A DNA stretch of 32,000 bases, taken from Candidatus Saccharimonadota bacterium. GTDB taxonomy: Archaea; Nanohalarchaeota; Nanosalinia; Nanosalinales; Nanosalinaceae. The stretch is from NCBI RefSeq assembly GCF_029232205.1, contig NZ_CP107255.1, forward strand, positions 390,001 through 422,000, in the 5' to 3' direction. The first letter of the stretch is position 1, and each line of letters starts with the position of its first letter. The notes under the pieces were generated by a model. That model made no database searches. It had not been told where the DNA came from and was given only the letters and a program-made list of their open reading frames with translations. Positions 31,817 to 32,000 of the stretch are shown here, in pieces. The translations under genes were made by a program, and so were the position numbers.

Positions 31817-32000
31817 AAGACAGAGTAAACCGGAAAAATATTTTTCTATCAGTACTTACATCAACAGCCATACTACTGGCAATAGTATCGCTCACAGGCC
31901 TTGAAAGAACTCTGAGCTTTCTCTCACATACCCGGCCTCTACCCCTTACAGCAGCATTCATCTCCGCCAATCTAGCGATCGTAATAAACTCTCATATCTG
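31813..32000 (+). CDS. hypothetical membrane protein, N-terminal part (runs off the right edge)
   Basis: ATGA overlap with the idsA stop. The frame MKDRVNRKNIFLSVLTSTAILLAIVSLTG... stays open to base 32000. Confidence 0.45.
   Translation, partial: MKDRVNRKNIFLSVLTSTAILLAIVSLTGLERTLSFLSHTRPLPLTAAFISANLAIVINSHI

Noticed and set aside
1-32000. Mobile elements, prophage or defence islands
   Set aside because: No transposase, integrase, Cas, restriction or toxin-antitoxin signatures were recognisable. The only possible nuclease-like candidate (the partial gene 1-662) lacks a clear PD-(D/E)xK motif.

Overview
This 32-kb window is tightly packed and mostly housekeeping. It looks like a small-genome, salt-in halophilic archaeon. 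The evidence is uniformly D/E-rich proteins, mid-40s %GC by eye, and archaeal markers (ABCE1, a PAN-like AAA ATPase, FtsZ, GatCAB, two archaeal-type tRNAs). AT-rich TATA-like boxes sit 22-32 nt upstream of most start codons, which implies largely leaderless mRNAs. Several core proteins are reduced or divergent, which suggests a DPANN/Nanohaloarchaeota-like lineage, but that is inference only. I call 39 protein genes, two of them truncated by the window edges and one a 40-aa zinc ribbon missing from the ORF track. I also call tRNA-Arg(UCG) and tRNA-Gly(GCC). I saw no rRNA, CRISPR array, transposase or integrase. Recognisable blocks are: NUDIX/SDR/ABCE1/KH protein/FtsZ (1-6.7 kb); a dispersed gatC...gatA...gatB cluster (7.2-14.4 kb); a GT2 synthase, PAN-like ATPase and pyruvate kinase (14.8-19.3 kb); a stretch of membrane and orphan proteins (19.3-23.1 kb); TrxB, NnrE and a CaCA exchanger (23.4-26.4 kb); and a carotenoid cluster laid out like the haloarchaeal bacterioruberin genes, desaturase-lyeJ-cruF divergent from crtB plus a GGPP synthase (26.9-31.8 kb). 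The best leads are: (1) a YbaK/ProX-type aa-tRNA deacylase fused to a second complete copy of the GatB C-terminal tRNA-binding domain, abutting gatB; (2) an ABCE1 whose N-terminal ferredoxin-like domain has no cysteine at all; (3) a 511-aa polyprenyl-synthase homologue between gatA and gatB; (4) a PAN-like ATPase lacking the coiled coil and the RPGRFDR arginine-finger segment; (5) three unusually long spacers with covarying hairpins bearing conserved C-rich or G-rich loops, one also carrying an ORB-like motif; (6) strong over-representation of the palindrome AGGCCT. All functional calls rest on motifs I recognise by eye. No searches were run.
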